Shown: positions 35,952 to 45,272, numbered from the stretch's first letter. The stretch is DNA of 64,000 nucleotides from Lysobacterales bacterium (GCA_050250665.1 JBFWOF010000035.1:1406-65405), one strand, 5' to 3'. Made by a program: numbers and translations. Notes: generated from the sequence alone by a model not told the origin.

Positions 35952-36368
35952 AGGAGGGCCGCGCGCCTGCGCGGCCGCTCTTGATCTCCGGGCATTGAAA
36001 AGCGGCGCCGCAGCGCGGCGCCCTCCACATCGACCGCCCGCAATCCCGCGCCCTCTCGCGTACATGTGATTCATGGAGAGCCGCTTGTATAGGCCCGACA
36101 CTTGGCGCGACTCGCGTTACTTCTCGCCCACTAGCGGACGGGAGCTCCAACGCGGAGAACGCCGAGAACCGCAGAGAACACAGAGAGAACCCCGTACGAA
36201 ACTGCTTTGCTTCTCTCCGCGTGCTCTCTGCTTTTCCTTCGCGTTCTCTGCGTCCAGCTTCTGATGTCAACCCGCTCAGGTTCTGGATTATCGCGGGTAA
36301 CATTCGTGACGCGAGGTCAATCCAGGTAAACACTGCCAGCCGTTGGGCACGCTGCGCTTAGCCCAACC
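35952..36368. repeat. BIME-like REP cluster, including the inverted copy of the 12574-12710 composite
   Basis: 35952-36028 is the reverse complement of 12634-12710, with both arms near-identical. 9-mer arrays (TTCTCYGCG-like) lie in opposite orientations at 36151-36190 and 36211-36253. TTGGGCACGCTGCGCTTAGCCCAAC hairpin at 36344-36368. Confidence 0.85.
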
Positions 36369-36912
36369 TACCATTCAAGGTCCGTGCGCAGGGTGGGGCC
36401 GATGTCAGGGCCATGGCGTACTGGCACAGCTCGTCATCCTCGGGTTTCACCCGATAGCGCTGCTCCAGTTGCATGCCCAGCTGCTCCAGCAGATGTCTGG
36501 AGCGGATGTTTTCGGGCGAGGTGATGGCCAGCAGCCGGGTCATCCCGAATTGCTCGCGTGCCATTTTCACGCAGGCGCGGGCGGCTTCCAGCGCGTAGCC
36601 AACGCCGGCATATTGGGGCAGCAAGGCGTAGCCGAGGTCCGGCTCGGGCAGGGTCTCGCGCTGGAGCAGGCCGCAGAGGCCGATCAACTGTTGGTCGACC
36701 TTGCGCTCGATGGCGTAGAGCCCGAATCCGTAGCGTTGGTACATCTCGAGCGGACCTTTGCGCAGATATTCCTGGGCATCGGCCAGCGTGCGCACGCCGC
36801 GATCGCCGATGCCCGCCAGCCAGGTCGGATCATTGACCAGCTTGAAGATGAATTCGGCATCGGCCAGTTCCAGCCGCCGCAGGATCAAGCGATGGGTTTC
36901 GGCTACAGGCAT
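36358..36912 (-). CDS. GNAT-family N-acetyltransferase (RimJ/RimL-like)
   Basis: 184 aa: HRLILRRLELADAEFIFKLVNDP ... GYALLPQYAGVGYALEAARA. Confidence 0.75.
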   Translation of the reverse strand: MPVAETHRLILRRLELADAEFIFKLVNDPTWLAGIGDRGVRTLADAQEYLRKGPLEMYQRYGFGLYAIERKVDQQLIGLCGLLQRETLPEPDLGYALLPQYAGVGYALEAARACVKMAREQFGMTRLLAITSPENIRSRHLLEQLGMQLEQRYRVKPEDDELCQYAMALTSAPPCARTLNGRLG

Positions 36913-36980
36913 CCGATCTGCTCCAGGGGCTGCGACTCCTGCCGCTCATGGTAGATCAGTGCGCGCAGTTGCGCTGAGGG

Positions 36981-37145
36981 CTAGCGGGGTGTCCCGCAAT
37001 TAGGTTGAAGAGATTTCTGATGGATTTTGACCAGAGGCAAGGCGCGAGAAGGAGTCATAGCAGGGCTATGGCGACGACGAGCAACGCAGCATTCGGGGCA
37101 AAAGACACGGAAATGGTTAAAGGTAATTGTGGGACACCCCGCTAG
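36981..37145. mobile_element. 165-bp MITE-like element with 22-bp terminal inverted repeats
   Basis: CTAGCGGGGTGTCCCGCAATTA at 36981-37002 versus TAATTGTGGGACACCCCGCTAG at 37124-37145 (1 mismatch). The interior is lower in GC and has no ORF. The right TIR supplies the TAG stop of the HAD gene. Confidence 0.65.
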
Positions 37146-37825
37146 ATCGACTCGACGTAATCGGCAAGCTGTGCCAGACAGCTGACCGTATGCGGTGGAG
37201 TCCCGCCGAGCTGCCAGCCCAGCGACTCGCGGTCCAGCCACACCGCATGCAGGCCCGCACCGAGCGCGCCGAGCACGTCCTGCTCGGGATGGTCGCCGAC
37301 ATGCAGGGTTTCGCCGGGGATACTGCCCGCCAAGGCGCAGGCGGCGTGGAATATGCCGGGGTCCGGCTTGGCCGCGCCGTGACTGCGGGCCGTGATCTGC
37401 GCCCGGAACAAGCGCTTCAGACCCACCCGGTCCAGACAGGCGTTGCCGTTGGTCAGTGATACCAGTGGCGCCCGCCGAGCCAGTCTCTCCAGGGCGTCGC
37501 CCACTTCCGGGTAGAGCTCAACCCGATTGCGCGCGGCGTAGAACACTTCGAAGGCCTCGTTGACCTCGCGCTCGCCATAGCCATAAGGCGTCAGTGCGGC
37601 ACGCAGGCAGAGCATGCGCAGCGTGGTGAAGTCATGGCCAAGCTCCGGATGTTCCAGGAAGGTACGGTCGCGCAGGCGCCGCATCTCCACGATCGGCAGG
37701 GCCGCAGCCACTTCCGGACAGTTCTGCTCGAACCACTGTTGCAGGGCCAGATCGGCCCGTTCCATGACCGGGGCTATCGGCCACAGGGTGTCGTCCAGAT
37801 CCAGCGTGATGGCGGTGATTTTCAT
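37142..37825 (-). CDS. HAD-superfamily hydrolase (subfamily IA)
   Basis: Start MKITAITLDLDDTLWP (DxDxT motif) at 37825. The C-terminal part has GDHPEQDVLGA. Confidence 0.8.
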   Translation of the reverse strand: MKITAITLDLDDTLWPIAPVMERADLALQQWFEQNCPEVAAALPIVEMRRLRDRTFLEHPELGHDFTTLRMLCLRAALTPYGYGEREVNEAFEVFYAARNRVELYPEVGDALERLARRAPLVSLTNGNACLDRVGLKRLFRAQITARSHGAAKPDPGIFHAACALAGSIPGETLHVGDHPEQDVLGALGAGLHAVWLDRESLGWQLGGTPPHTVSCLAQLADYVESI

Positions 37826-37985
37826 GTCGCGATTGTAGCGTTGGCTTGCTGACGGCGGTGGGAACGATTCGGTGGCGCCGCAGTTCGGAGCGCCCATTGG
37901 CGACTCGGGGATGCAGTGATCCGGACCCAAAATCGAAACATCGTCGACCTAAGCTCGTCAGGAACTTCCGCCAGAAGACGACTGC

Positions 37986-39146
37986 ATGAAAATCGCGCAT
38001 CGCGCTTACGACGCCTGGTTTCGCAAGGTTCATGGCTCGCGCCTGATCTACAACACCTGCTGGGAGGATCCGCGCGCCGATCGCCAGCTGCTGGGCATCC
38101 AGTCCGGCGACCGCATCGTCATGATCACCAGCGCCGGCTGCAATACCCTGGACTATCTGCTGGATGATCCGGCCCGCATCGACTGCGTGGACATGAATCC
38201 ACGCCAGAATGCGCTGCTGGAACTGAAGCTGGCGGTATTGGCCGAAGGCGACCATTCGCTGCTGTTCCAGCTCTTCGGGCGTGGTAACCACCCGGATTTT
38301 GCGGCTGTCTATCCGGCCCTGCGCCCGCATCTGTCGGCGTCGGCGCAAAGGCATTGGGATCGCAGCCGGAATGCCTTCAGCCCGCGTGGACGTGGCTCCT
38401 TCTATTTCCGCGGCGCCTCCGGCGATGTGGCCTGGTGGGTGCGGACCATGCTCCGCACCCTGCAGCCACGTCTCTGGCGCGAGATCTGCGGTCTGCTCGA
38501 AGCCACGAATCTGGCGGAGCAGCGCGAGCGCTATGCCCGTATCGAGCCACGTCTCTGGGGTCCGCTGCTGCGCTGGGCAGCTCGCCAGCCGGCGGTGCTG
38601 ACGCTGCTGGGCGTGCCGCGGGCGCAGCGCAATCTGATCGAAGCCCAGTATCCGGGTGGCGTCAATTGCTATATCGAAGACAAGCTGCGCTATCTGCTGA
38701 CCGAGTTGCCCATCCAGGAGAACTACTTCTGGCGGGTCTATCTGCTCGGCGCCTACAGCGAGCAGTGTTGCCCGAACTATCTGCGTCCGGAGCATTTCGC
38801 GACCCTGGCGCAACGTGGCGATCGGGTCCGTACGCATACCTCGACCCTGTCTGAATTTCTGGCGCAGGCCAATGCCCGTTTCGACCAGTTCGTGCTGCTC
38901 GATCACCAGGACTGGATGGCGGCACACAGCCCGGAGTTGCTCGATGACGAGTGGAATCTGTTGATCGGGTGCAGCGCCACGGACGCCCGCGTGCTGATGC
39001 GATCAGCCGGGCTCTCGATCGATTTCCTGCCCGAATTCGCGCAGGCCAGGCTGCAGGCTCACCCGGATGACTGCGCGCACTGGCATCGTCTGGACCGCGT
39101 CGGCACCTATGGCAGTGTGCTTTGCGCCACGGTGGCCGCGGCATGA
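37986..39146 (+). CDS. btaA: BtaA-like S-adenosylmethionine:diacylglycerol 3-amino-3-carboxypropyl transferase (DUF3419)
   Basis: 386 aa. N-terminal block LIYNTCWEDPRADRQLL ... ITSAGCNTLDYLLDDP ... VDMNPRQNALLELK, as in BtaA-type proteins (recalled from memory). Confidence 0.65.
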   Translation: MKIAHRAYDAWFRKVHGSRLIYNTCWEDPRADRQLLGIQSGDRIVMITSAGCNTLDYLLDDPARIDCVDMNPRQNALLELKLAVLAEGDHSLLFQLFGRGNHPDFAAVYPALRPHLSASAQRHWDRSRNAFSPRGRGSFYFRGASGDVAWWVRTMLRTLQPRLWREICGLLEATNLAEQRERYARIEPRLWGPLLRWAARQPAVLTLLGVPRAQRNLIEAQYPGGVNCYIEDKLRYLLTELPIQENYFWRVYLLGAYSEQCCPNYLRPEHFATLAQRGDRVRTHTSTLSEFLAQANARFDQFVLLDHQDWMAAHSPELLDDEWNLLIGCSATDARVLMRSAGLSIDFLPEFAQARLQAHPDDCAHWHRLDRVGTYGSVLCATVAAA

Positions 39147-39853
39147 GCGGGGCACGCGTAGCCGAGGCGCAGGCACTGGCCCGCTATTATCGGTGGCATG
39201 CACGAATCTACGATTTGACGCGCTGGAGCTTCCTGTTCGGTCGCGATCGGCTGATCGACGAGATTGTCGCCCAGGTCAGCCCGGCGCCGCGGCGTATTCT
39301 GGAAATAGGCTGCGGCACTGGCCGCAACCTGCAGGCCCTGGCAAAGCGCTTTCCCGACGCCGAGTTGCATGGGGTGGACCTCTCGGCGGACATGCTGGAT
39401 CGGGCTGGCAAACGACTCGCTCCCTACCGCAGCCGGCTCACTCTGCATCACAGCGCCTACGCCGGATTGCCGGGCCGCTTCGACCTGATCGTCGCCTCCT
39501 ATCTGCTGTCCATGGTGGGTCCCGGTGTGGATCAGTTGCTCACCGACGCCGCCGATAATCTGTCAACCCAGGGACGAATCGCCGTCGTCGATTTCCGCGA
39601 TACCCCCAGCACCTGGTTCCGGCGCTGGATGGGGCTCAATCATGTGCATCTGGACGATCGCCTGCTGCCACGCCTGAAAAGCCGGTTCCGCGCGCAGGAC
39701 AGCGGCACCCGCTCAGCCTACGCCGGCGCCTGGCGCTGGTTCTGGTTCGTGGGTGGCCCGTGCCCCGTGCCCCATTCCACCGTCAATGCGGCTTCTGCGC
39801 CAGCTGCACCTGCTTGGCGAACACCAGACCGGCACGGACGGCTTCCAGGGTGA
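39143..39853 (+). CDS. btaB: Class I SAM-dependent methyltransferase (BtaB-like)
   Basis: ATGA overlap with btaA. SAM motif ILEIGCGTGRNL. The last ~25 codons read through a CCCCGTG repeat and overlap the convergent protease gene by 71 nt, so the true C-terminus is uncertain. Confidence 0.6.
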   Translation: MSGARVAEAQALARYYRWHARIYDLTRWSFLFGRDRLIDEIVAQVSPAPRRILEIGCGTGRNLQALAKRFPDAELHGVDLSADMLDRAGKRLAPYRSRLTLHHSAYAGLPGRFDLIVASYLLSMVGPGVDQLLTDAADNLSTQGRIAVVDFRDTPSTWFRRWMGLNHVHLDDRLLPRLKSRFRAQDSGTRSAYAGAWRWFWFVGGPCPVPHSTVNAASAPAAPAWRTPDRHGRLPG

Positions 39854-40925
39854 CCACGGTTCCCGGGGCGAGATTGGCCTCGGCGTTGCGGAATTCGGCA
39901 ATCGACGTGATCTGGGTGCCGCGGAAGCCAATCAGAACATCGCCGGGGCGCAATTCGGCGCGGGCTGCGGGCGAACCGACTGCTACGGCCTGCACCTGCA
40001 GGCCGATCCGCAACTCACCGGTGGTGGAATGGCGCATTTCCACCGGCGCCAGGTCCACGCCCAGCCAGGCCCGGGTGACGTAGCCCTGGCGTACGATGTC
40101 ATCGAGCACGGCCCTCGCCGTTTCGGCCGGAATGGCGAAGCTGATGCCCTCGGCGCCTTCTCCGCGACCGAACATGGCGGTGTTGATGCCGACCAACTGG
40201 CCTTCAGCGTTGACCAGCGCGCCGCCGGAGTTGCCCGTATTGACCGCGGCATCGGTCTGGATCAGATATTCGTAGCCGTTCAGGCCGACGTTGAGGCGCT
40301 CGTTGCCGAGCGCGCTGACGATGCCCATGGTCACGCTCTGGCCGAGGCCAAAGGGATTGCCGATCGCCAGCACCACATCGCCGATGCGCAGGGAATCCTT
40401 GTCGGCAAAATGCACCGCTGGCAGCTCGTCGGCGTCGATCTTGAGCACGGCCAGATCGGTGTCAGGGTCAGTGGCGACCACGCGGGCATCGGTGGTGCGG
40501 CCATCCCAGAGCACGGCGCGGATGTTGTCCTTCTTCTCGACCACGTGATTATTGGTCAGCAGATAGCCATCGGCGCGCACGATCACGGCCGAGCCCAGAC
40601 TTTCCTCCAGTCGCTGTCGTGGCGGCCCCACCGGCGAAAAGCTGGGCCCGAGAAAGCGCTGTGCCGCGGGATTGCCCTCCAGCCGCGAGTAGCTGGGTTC
40701 GGTGACAATGCGATTGGCGTAGATATTGACCACCGATGGCCCGGCTGCGCCGACCGCCGGGGCGTAGCTGCGTGGAGCGTGAGATTCGGCGCCATTGCCT
40801 CGCGATGGCCAGCCAAAGCGCAGCAACAGGATCAGCAGCGCGATCGCGAGTCCGGCCATGGCCCATGCCCCGAAGTAACGGGCGTGTTCGCGCAGGTTGG
40901 AGGCAGAGTTGGTCGATTTTGTCAT
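39783..40925 (-). CDS. DegS/AlgW-type trypsin-like serine protease with one PDZ domain
   Basis: N-terminal TM segment. His/Asp/Ser contexts LTNNHVV, DLAVLKI and TDAAVNTGNSGGALVN. C-terminal PDZ. Confidence 0.85.
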   Translation of the reverse strand: MTKSTNSASNLREHARYFGAWAMAGLAIALLILLLRFGWPSRGNGAESHAPRSYAPAVGAAGPSVVNIYANRIVTEPSYSRLEGNPAAQRFLGPSFSPVGPPRQRLEESLGSAVIVRADGYLLTNNHVVEKKDNIRAVLWDGRTTDARVVATDPDTDLAVLKIDADELPAVHFADKDSLRIGDVVLAIGNPFGLGQSVTMGIVSALGNERLNVGLNGYEYLIQTDAAVNTGNSGGALVNAEGQLVGINTAMFGRGEGAEGISFAIPAETARAVLDDIVRQGYVTRAWLGVDLAPVEMRHSTTGELRIGLQVQAVAVGSPAARAELRPGDVLIGFRGTQITSIAEFRNAEANLAPGTVVTLEAVRAGLVFAKQVQLAQKPH

Positions 40926-41113
40926 CGGATCATTCTAGAGGTGCGCGGGCCGCACCGGGTCTGAACGGAGAGACCGACGATGCCGCGTAATTCTGACCTG
41001 ACAGTCATGCCGAATTGTAACGGCAGCACCGTCATGTCCGGCTTTAGGGAGTATGGTTCTCGGTCAGCACGAGCACTGTCCGGCCGCAATGGCCATTACC
41101 TGGGAGTAGAGAC

Positions 41114-42472
41114 ATGGGGCGCGAAACGGTACCGAGTCTTGACGAGTTCGTAGAAGGCGTAGAAAAGCGCAATCCGGGGCAGCCCGAGTTCATCCAGGCA
41201 TTGCGCGAAGTGGCCGAGAGCGTGCTGGACCATATCCGGGCCAATCCCAAGTACCACGATCACCAGATTCTCGAACGTATGGCGGAACCCGACCGGGTGA
41301 TTTCCTTCCGCGTCTGCTGGCAGGACGATGCCGGCAATATTCGTGTCAATCGCGGCTATCGCATCCAGAACAACAGTGCCATCGGCCCCTACAAGGGCGG
41401 CATTCGTTTCCACCCGTCAGTGAACCAGGGTGTGCTCAAGTTCCTGGCATTCGAGCAAACCTTCAAGAACGCGCTGACCGGTCTGCCCATGGGTGGCGGC
41501 AAGGGTGGTTCCAACTTCAACCCCAAGGGCAAGTCCGAGGCGGAAGTCATGCGCTTCTGCCAATCCTTCATGACCGAGCTCTATCGTCATGTAGGCGAGG
41601 ACACCGACGTGCCGGCGGGCGATATCGGCGTTGGCGGACGTGAGATCGGCTACATGTTCGGTCAGTACAAGCGCATCACCAACCGCTATGTGGGCGTGCT
41701 CACCGGCAAGGGTCTGGAATACGGCGGCAGTCCAATCCGCACCGAGGCTACCGGCTACGGTGCCGTGTATTTCCTCGAAGACATGCTGAAGCGCGCCGGC
41801 CGGTCCATCGAAGGTCAGACCTGTCTGGTATCGGGTTCGGGCAATGTCGCCCAGCATGCGGTCGAAAAGATCCTGCACCTCGGTGGCAAGCCGGTCACGC
41901 TCAGTGATTCGGACGGTTTCATCCATGATCCGGAAGGCTTCACGCACGAAAAGCTGGCCTTCATCAAGGATCTGAAGAACAAGCGTCGCGGTCGCATCGA
42001 GGAGTACGTCGGCAAGTTCGGCGGCACATTCCATGCCGGCCAGCGTCCATGGATCGTTCCGGGACACATTGCCGTTCCCTGCGCAACGCAGAATGAGATC
42101 AGCGGTGCCGATGCCAAGACCCTGTTGTCCAACGGCCTGTACGCAGTCTCAGAAGGCGCGAACATGCCCTCGGATCTGGAAGCGGTGCATCTGTTCCAGG
42201 CTGCACGCATCCTGTTCGCGCCGGGCAAGGCGGCCAATGCCGGCGGCGTGGCTGTCTCCGGTCTGGAGATGAGCCAGAACTCCGCGCGCATCACCTGGAA
42301 GGAAGATGAGTTGCAGCGTCTGCTGCGCGACATCATGCATGGCATTCATGAGCGCTGTGAGCGCTATGGTGGCGTGGCCGGTGACCCCAAGTACATTGAC
42401 TACGTCAAGGGTGCGAACATCGCCGGCTTCGTCAAGGTCGCCGACGCCATGATTGCCCACGGCGTGGTCTGA
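41114..42472 (+). CDS. gdhA: NADP-specific glutamate dehydrogenase
   Basis: 452 aa. Blocks GPYKGGIRFHP, LPMGGGKGG and VPAGDIGVGGREIG. Confidence 0.95.
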   Translation: MGRETVPSLDEFVEGVEKRNPGQPEFIQALREVAESVLDHIRANPKYHDHQILERMAEPDRVISFRVCWQDDAGNIRVNRGYRIQNNSAIGPYKGGIRFHPSVNQGVLKFLAFEQTFKNALTGLPMGGGKGGSNFNPKGKSEAEVMRFCQSFMTELYRHVGEDTDVPAGDIGVGGREIGYMFGQYKRITNRYVGVLTGKGLEYGGSPIRTEATGYGAVYFLEDMLKRAGRSIEGQTCLVSGSGNVAQHAVEKILHLGGKPVTLSDSDGFIHDPEGFTHEKLAFIKDLKNKRRGRIEEYVGKFGGTFHAGQRPWIVPGHIAVPCATQNEISGADAKTLLSNGLYAVSEGANMPSDLEAVHLFQAARILFAPGKAANAGGVAVSGLEMSQNSARITWKEDELQRLLRDIMHGIHERCERYGGVAGDPKYIDYVKGANIAGFVKVADAMIAHGVV

Positions 42473-42483
42473 TTTGCAATTGC

Positions 42484-42506
42484 GGGGGCGCTGTGGCAGC
42501 GCCCCC
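42484..42506 (+). terminator. GC-rich hairpin after gdhA (no clear U-tract)
   Basis: GGGGGCGCT-GTGGC-AGCGCCCCC, a perfect 9-bp stem 12 nt after the stop. Confidence 0.5.
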
Positions 42507-42628
42507 GGTTTCCCGCGCTGATCGACCAATCTCGTTGTGTGGGCTTGGACCGATCCTGTAAACTTGCAGGGTTTCGGGGCCGCCAGCATGGGGCACCGTG
42601 TGGTTTTTCGTTTCGTATGGAGTCAAGC

Positions 42629-43225
42629 ATGGCAGCAGAGTCCGTCAACCACGGCCGGCGCCGGTTTCTGACCGCTTCGACTGTCGTTGTGGGTGGAGTA
42701 GGTGGTGTCTTTGCCGCCATTCCGTTCATCAGCGCGTGGAAGCCCAGTGCCCGGGCGGTCGCAGCGGGTGCGCCCGTATCCGCCGACATCAGCAAGCTGG
42801 CCGTTGGCACGCAGATGACCGTCGCCTGGCGCGGTCGCCCCATCTTCATCGTGCGCCGCAGCGAAGAAATGCTGAGTGGGCTGGCGGGCGAAGATGGCCG
42901 GCTGAAAGACCCGAAATCCGAAGTGGTCGAGCAGCAACCGGAGTTCGCGAAGAACGAATACCGGTCCCTGAAGCCCGATGTGCTGGTGCTGGTGGGTTCC
43001 TGCACGCATCTGGGTTGCTCGCCCAAGCTGCACCCTGAAGTACAGCCAGAACCGTGGGATTCACAGTGGAAGGGCGGCTATTACTGCCCCTGTCACAACT
43101 CGCGTTTCGATCTTGCCGGACGCGTGTACGAGGGTTCGCCCGCGCCGACCAATCTGGTGGTGCCGCCGTATCGCTTCGAAAGCGACACGCGTGTGGTCAT
43201 CGGCGAAACCGAAGGAGCGGCGTAA
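42629..43225 (+). CDS. petA: Ubiquinol-cytochrome c reductase Rieske iron-sulfur subunit
   Basis: Tat motif GRRRFL. Rieske boxes CTHLGC and CPCHNSRF. GGAG upstream of ATG 42629; an alternative ATG lies at 42617. Confidence 0.9.
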   Translation: MAAESVNHGRRRFLTASTVVVGGVGGVFAAIPFISAWKPSARAVAAGAPVSADISKLAVGTQMTVAWRGRPIFIVRRSEEMLSGLAGEDGRLKDPKSEVVEQQPEFAKNEYRSLKPDVLVLVGSCTHLGCSPKLHPEVQPEPWDSQWKGGYYCPCHNSRFDLAGRVYEGSPAPTNLVVPPYRFESDTRVVIGETEGAA

Positions 43226-44466
43226 TGGCTGGCGAGCGTACGACAACCGTGAACGGCATCCTTGGCTGGCTCGACCAGCGCATGCCGGTGGTCGATTTCT
43301 GGAACAAGCATCTGGCGCAGTACTACGCGCCGAAGAGCTTCAACATCTGGTACTACTTCGGCTCGCTGGCCATCCTGGTGCTGGTCAACCAGATCGTGAC
43401 CGGCATCTTCCTGACCATGCACTACAAACCCAGTGCTGCCGAGGCTTTCGGTTCGGTCGAATACATCATGCGTGACGTGGAATGGGGCTGGCTGATCCGC
43501 TACCTGCATTCCACCGGCGCATCGTTCTTCTTCATCGTCGTCTACCTGCACATGTTCCGCGGCCTGATGTACGGCTCGTACCAGAAACCACGCGAACTGG
43601 TGTGGGTGCTGGGCATGCTGATCTTCCTGGCGCTGATGGCCGAAGCCTTTCTGGGCTACGTCCTGCCCTGGGGTCAGATGTCCTTCTGGGGTGCGCAGGT
43701 GATTGTCTCGCTGTTCGGCGCCATTCCGGTCATCGGAGACGGCCTGGTGCAGTGGATTCAGGGTGACTACCTGCCCTCCGACGCCACCATCAACCGCTTC
43801 TTTGCGCTGCATGTGGTGGCCTTGCCGATCTCGCTGTTGCTGCTGGTGGTGCTGCATCTGGGCGCGCTGCACGAAGTGGGATCGAACAATCCCGATGGCG
43901 TCGACATCAAGAAGAAGAAGGATGCGAAGGGCGTTCCGCTGGATGGCATTCCCTTCCACCCCTACTACACGGTCAAGGATCTGTTCGGGGCCGGCGTATT
44001 CCTGATCCTGTTCGCCTTCGTGATCTTCTTCGAGCCCACTTTCGGTGATCTGTTCCTGGAGTACGACAACTTCTCGCCGGCCGACCCGATGGTCACGCCT
44101 GCACACATCAAGCCGGTGTGGTACTTCACGCCGTACTACGCCATGTTGCGTGCGATTCCCGACAAGCTCATGGGCGTGATCGTCATGGGCGCTGCGGTGT
44201 CTATCCTGTTCCTGATTCCGTGGCTGGATCGCAGCCCGGTGCGCTCGATCCGCTACCGCGGACCGCTCACCAAGATTGCCCTGGCGTTGTTCACGGTGGC
44301 TTTCGTGACCTTGGGCTACCTCGGCCTGCAGGCCGGTAGCGAGCTGCAAAAGCTGGTCGCGCAGATCTGCACGGTGATCTATTTCCTGTTCTTCCTACTA
44401 ATGCCGGTGTACACCAAGATCGATTCGGTCAAGCCGGTACCTGATCGGGTGACCATGCATGATTAA
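43225..44466 (+). CDS. petB: Cytochrome b of the bc1 complex
   Basis: TAATG overlap with petA. N-terminus WLDQRMPV...YYAPKSFNIWYYFGSLA and the PEWYF-equivalent KPVWYFTPYY. Confidence 0.95.
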   Translation: MAGERTTTVNGILGWLDQRMPVVDFWNKHLAQYYAPKSFNIWYYFGSLAILVLVNQIVTGIFLTMHYKPSAAEAFGSVEYIMRDVEWGWLIRYLHSTGASFFFIVVYLHMFRGLMYGSYQKPRELVWVLGMLIFLALMAEAFLGYVLPWGQMSFWGAQVIVSLFGAIPVIGDGLVQWIQGDYLPSDATINRFFALHVVALPISLLLLVVLHLGALHEVGSNNPDGVDIKKKKDAKGVPLDGIPFHPYYTVKDLFGAGVFLILFAFVIFFEPTFGDLFLEYDNFSPADPMVTPAHIKPVWYFTPYYAMLRAIPDKLMGVIVMGAAVSILFLIPWLDRSPVRSIRYRGPLTKIALALFTVAFVTLGYLGLQAGSELQKLVAQICTVIYFLFFLLMPVYTKIDSVKPVPDRVTMHD

Positions 44467-45220
44467 GCGCCTGCTTCCCTGGATAGTTCTGATCTTTTCG
44501 GCGCCGGCATTCGCTGCCGGTGGTGAGGTGGTGCTGCAGCAGTCCGGTGCGAATATCTCGGACCAGGCTTCGCTGCAACGCGGTGCCCAGCTCTACTTCA
44601 ACTATTGCGGCAGCTGTCATTCGCTGCAGTACATGCGCTATTCGCGTCTGGCCAAGGATCTGGGTCTGACCGAAGAGCAGACCATGAAGTACCTGAACTT
44701 CACCGGTGCCAAGTTTGGAGAGACCATTGTCGCTTCCATGCCGGCCGGCGTGGGCGAGCAAGCGGTCGGCGGCGAAGACTGGTTCGGCAAGGCACCGCTG
44801 GATCTGTCGTTGATCGCCAGGGCCCGTCAAAACGGACCAAACTACATCTACAGCTACCTGCTGTCCTTCTATCCCGACCCCACACGGCCGAGCGGCTGGA
44901 ACAACACCGTGTTCCCGAACGCCTCCATGCCGCATGTGTTGTGGGAACGTCAGGGCATACAGACACTGCGCGCGGCCGATGAAAATGCCGAAGCGGGCCA
45001 TGGTCACGCCGGTCCGACTTTCGATCTGGTCAAGCCCGGCACCCGCACCCCTGAGGAGTATCGGCAGGACGCCCGCGACATCACCGCCTTCCTGCAATAC
45101 GTCGGCGAGCCGGCGGCGCTGGATCGGGAGAAGTACGGAATCTGGGTGATCCTGTACCTGCTGCTCTTCACCGGCGTGGCCTATCTGCTCAAGCACGAGT
45201 ACTGGAAGGACGTGCATTGA
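44459..45220 (+). CDS. petC: Cytochrome c1
   Basis: Signal peptide, CGSCHSLQYMRY heme motif and a C-terminal TM anchor. Confidence 0.9.
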   Translation: MIKRLLPWIVLIFSAPAFAAGGEVVLQQSGANISDQASLQRGAQLYFNYCGSCHSLQYMRYSRLAKDLGLTEEQTMKYLNFTGAKFGETIVASMPAGVGEQAVGGEDWFGKAPLDLSLIARARQNGPNYIYSYLLSFYPDPTRPSGWNNTVFPNASMPHVLWERQGIQTLRAADENAEAGHGHAGPTFDLVKPGTRTPEEYRQDARDITAFLQYVGEPAALDREKYGIWVILYLLLFTGVAYLLKHEYWKDVH

Positions 45221-45242
45221 TCGCAGCTCACAGGTGACATTC

Positions 45243-45272
45243 AAAAAGCCCCGATTGTTCGGGGCTTTTTTG
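45243..45272 (+). terminator. Rho-independent terminator of petABC
   Basis: AAAAAGCCCCGA-TTGT-TCGGGGCTTTTTTG. Confidence 0.9.
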
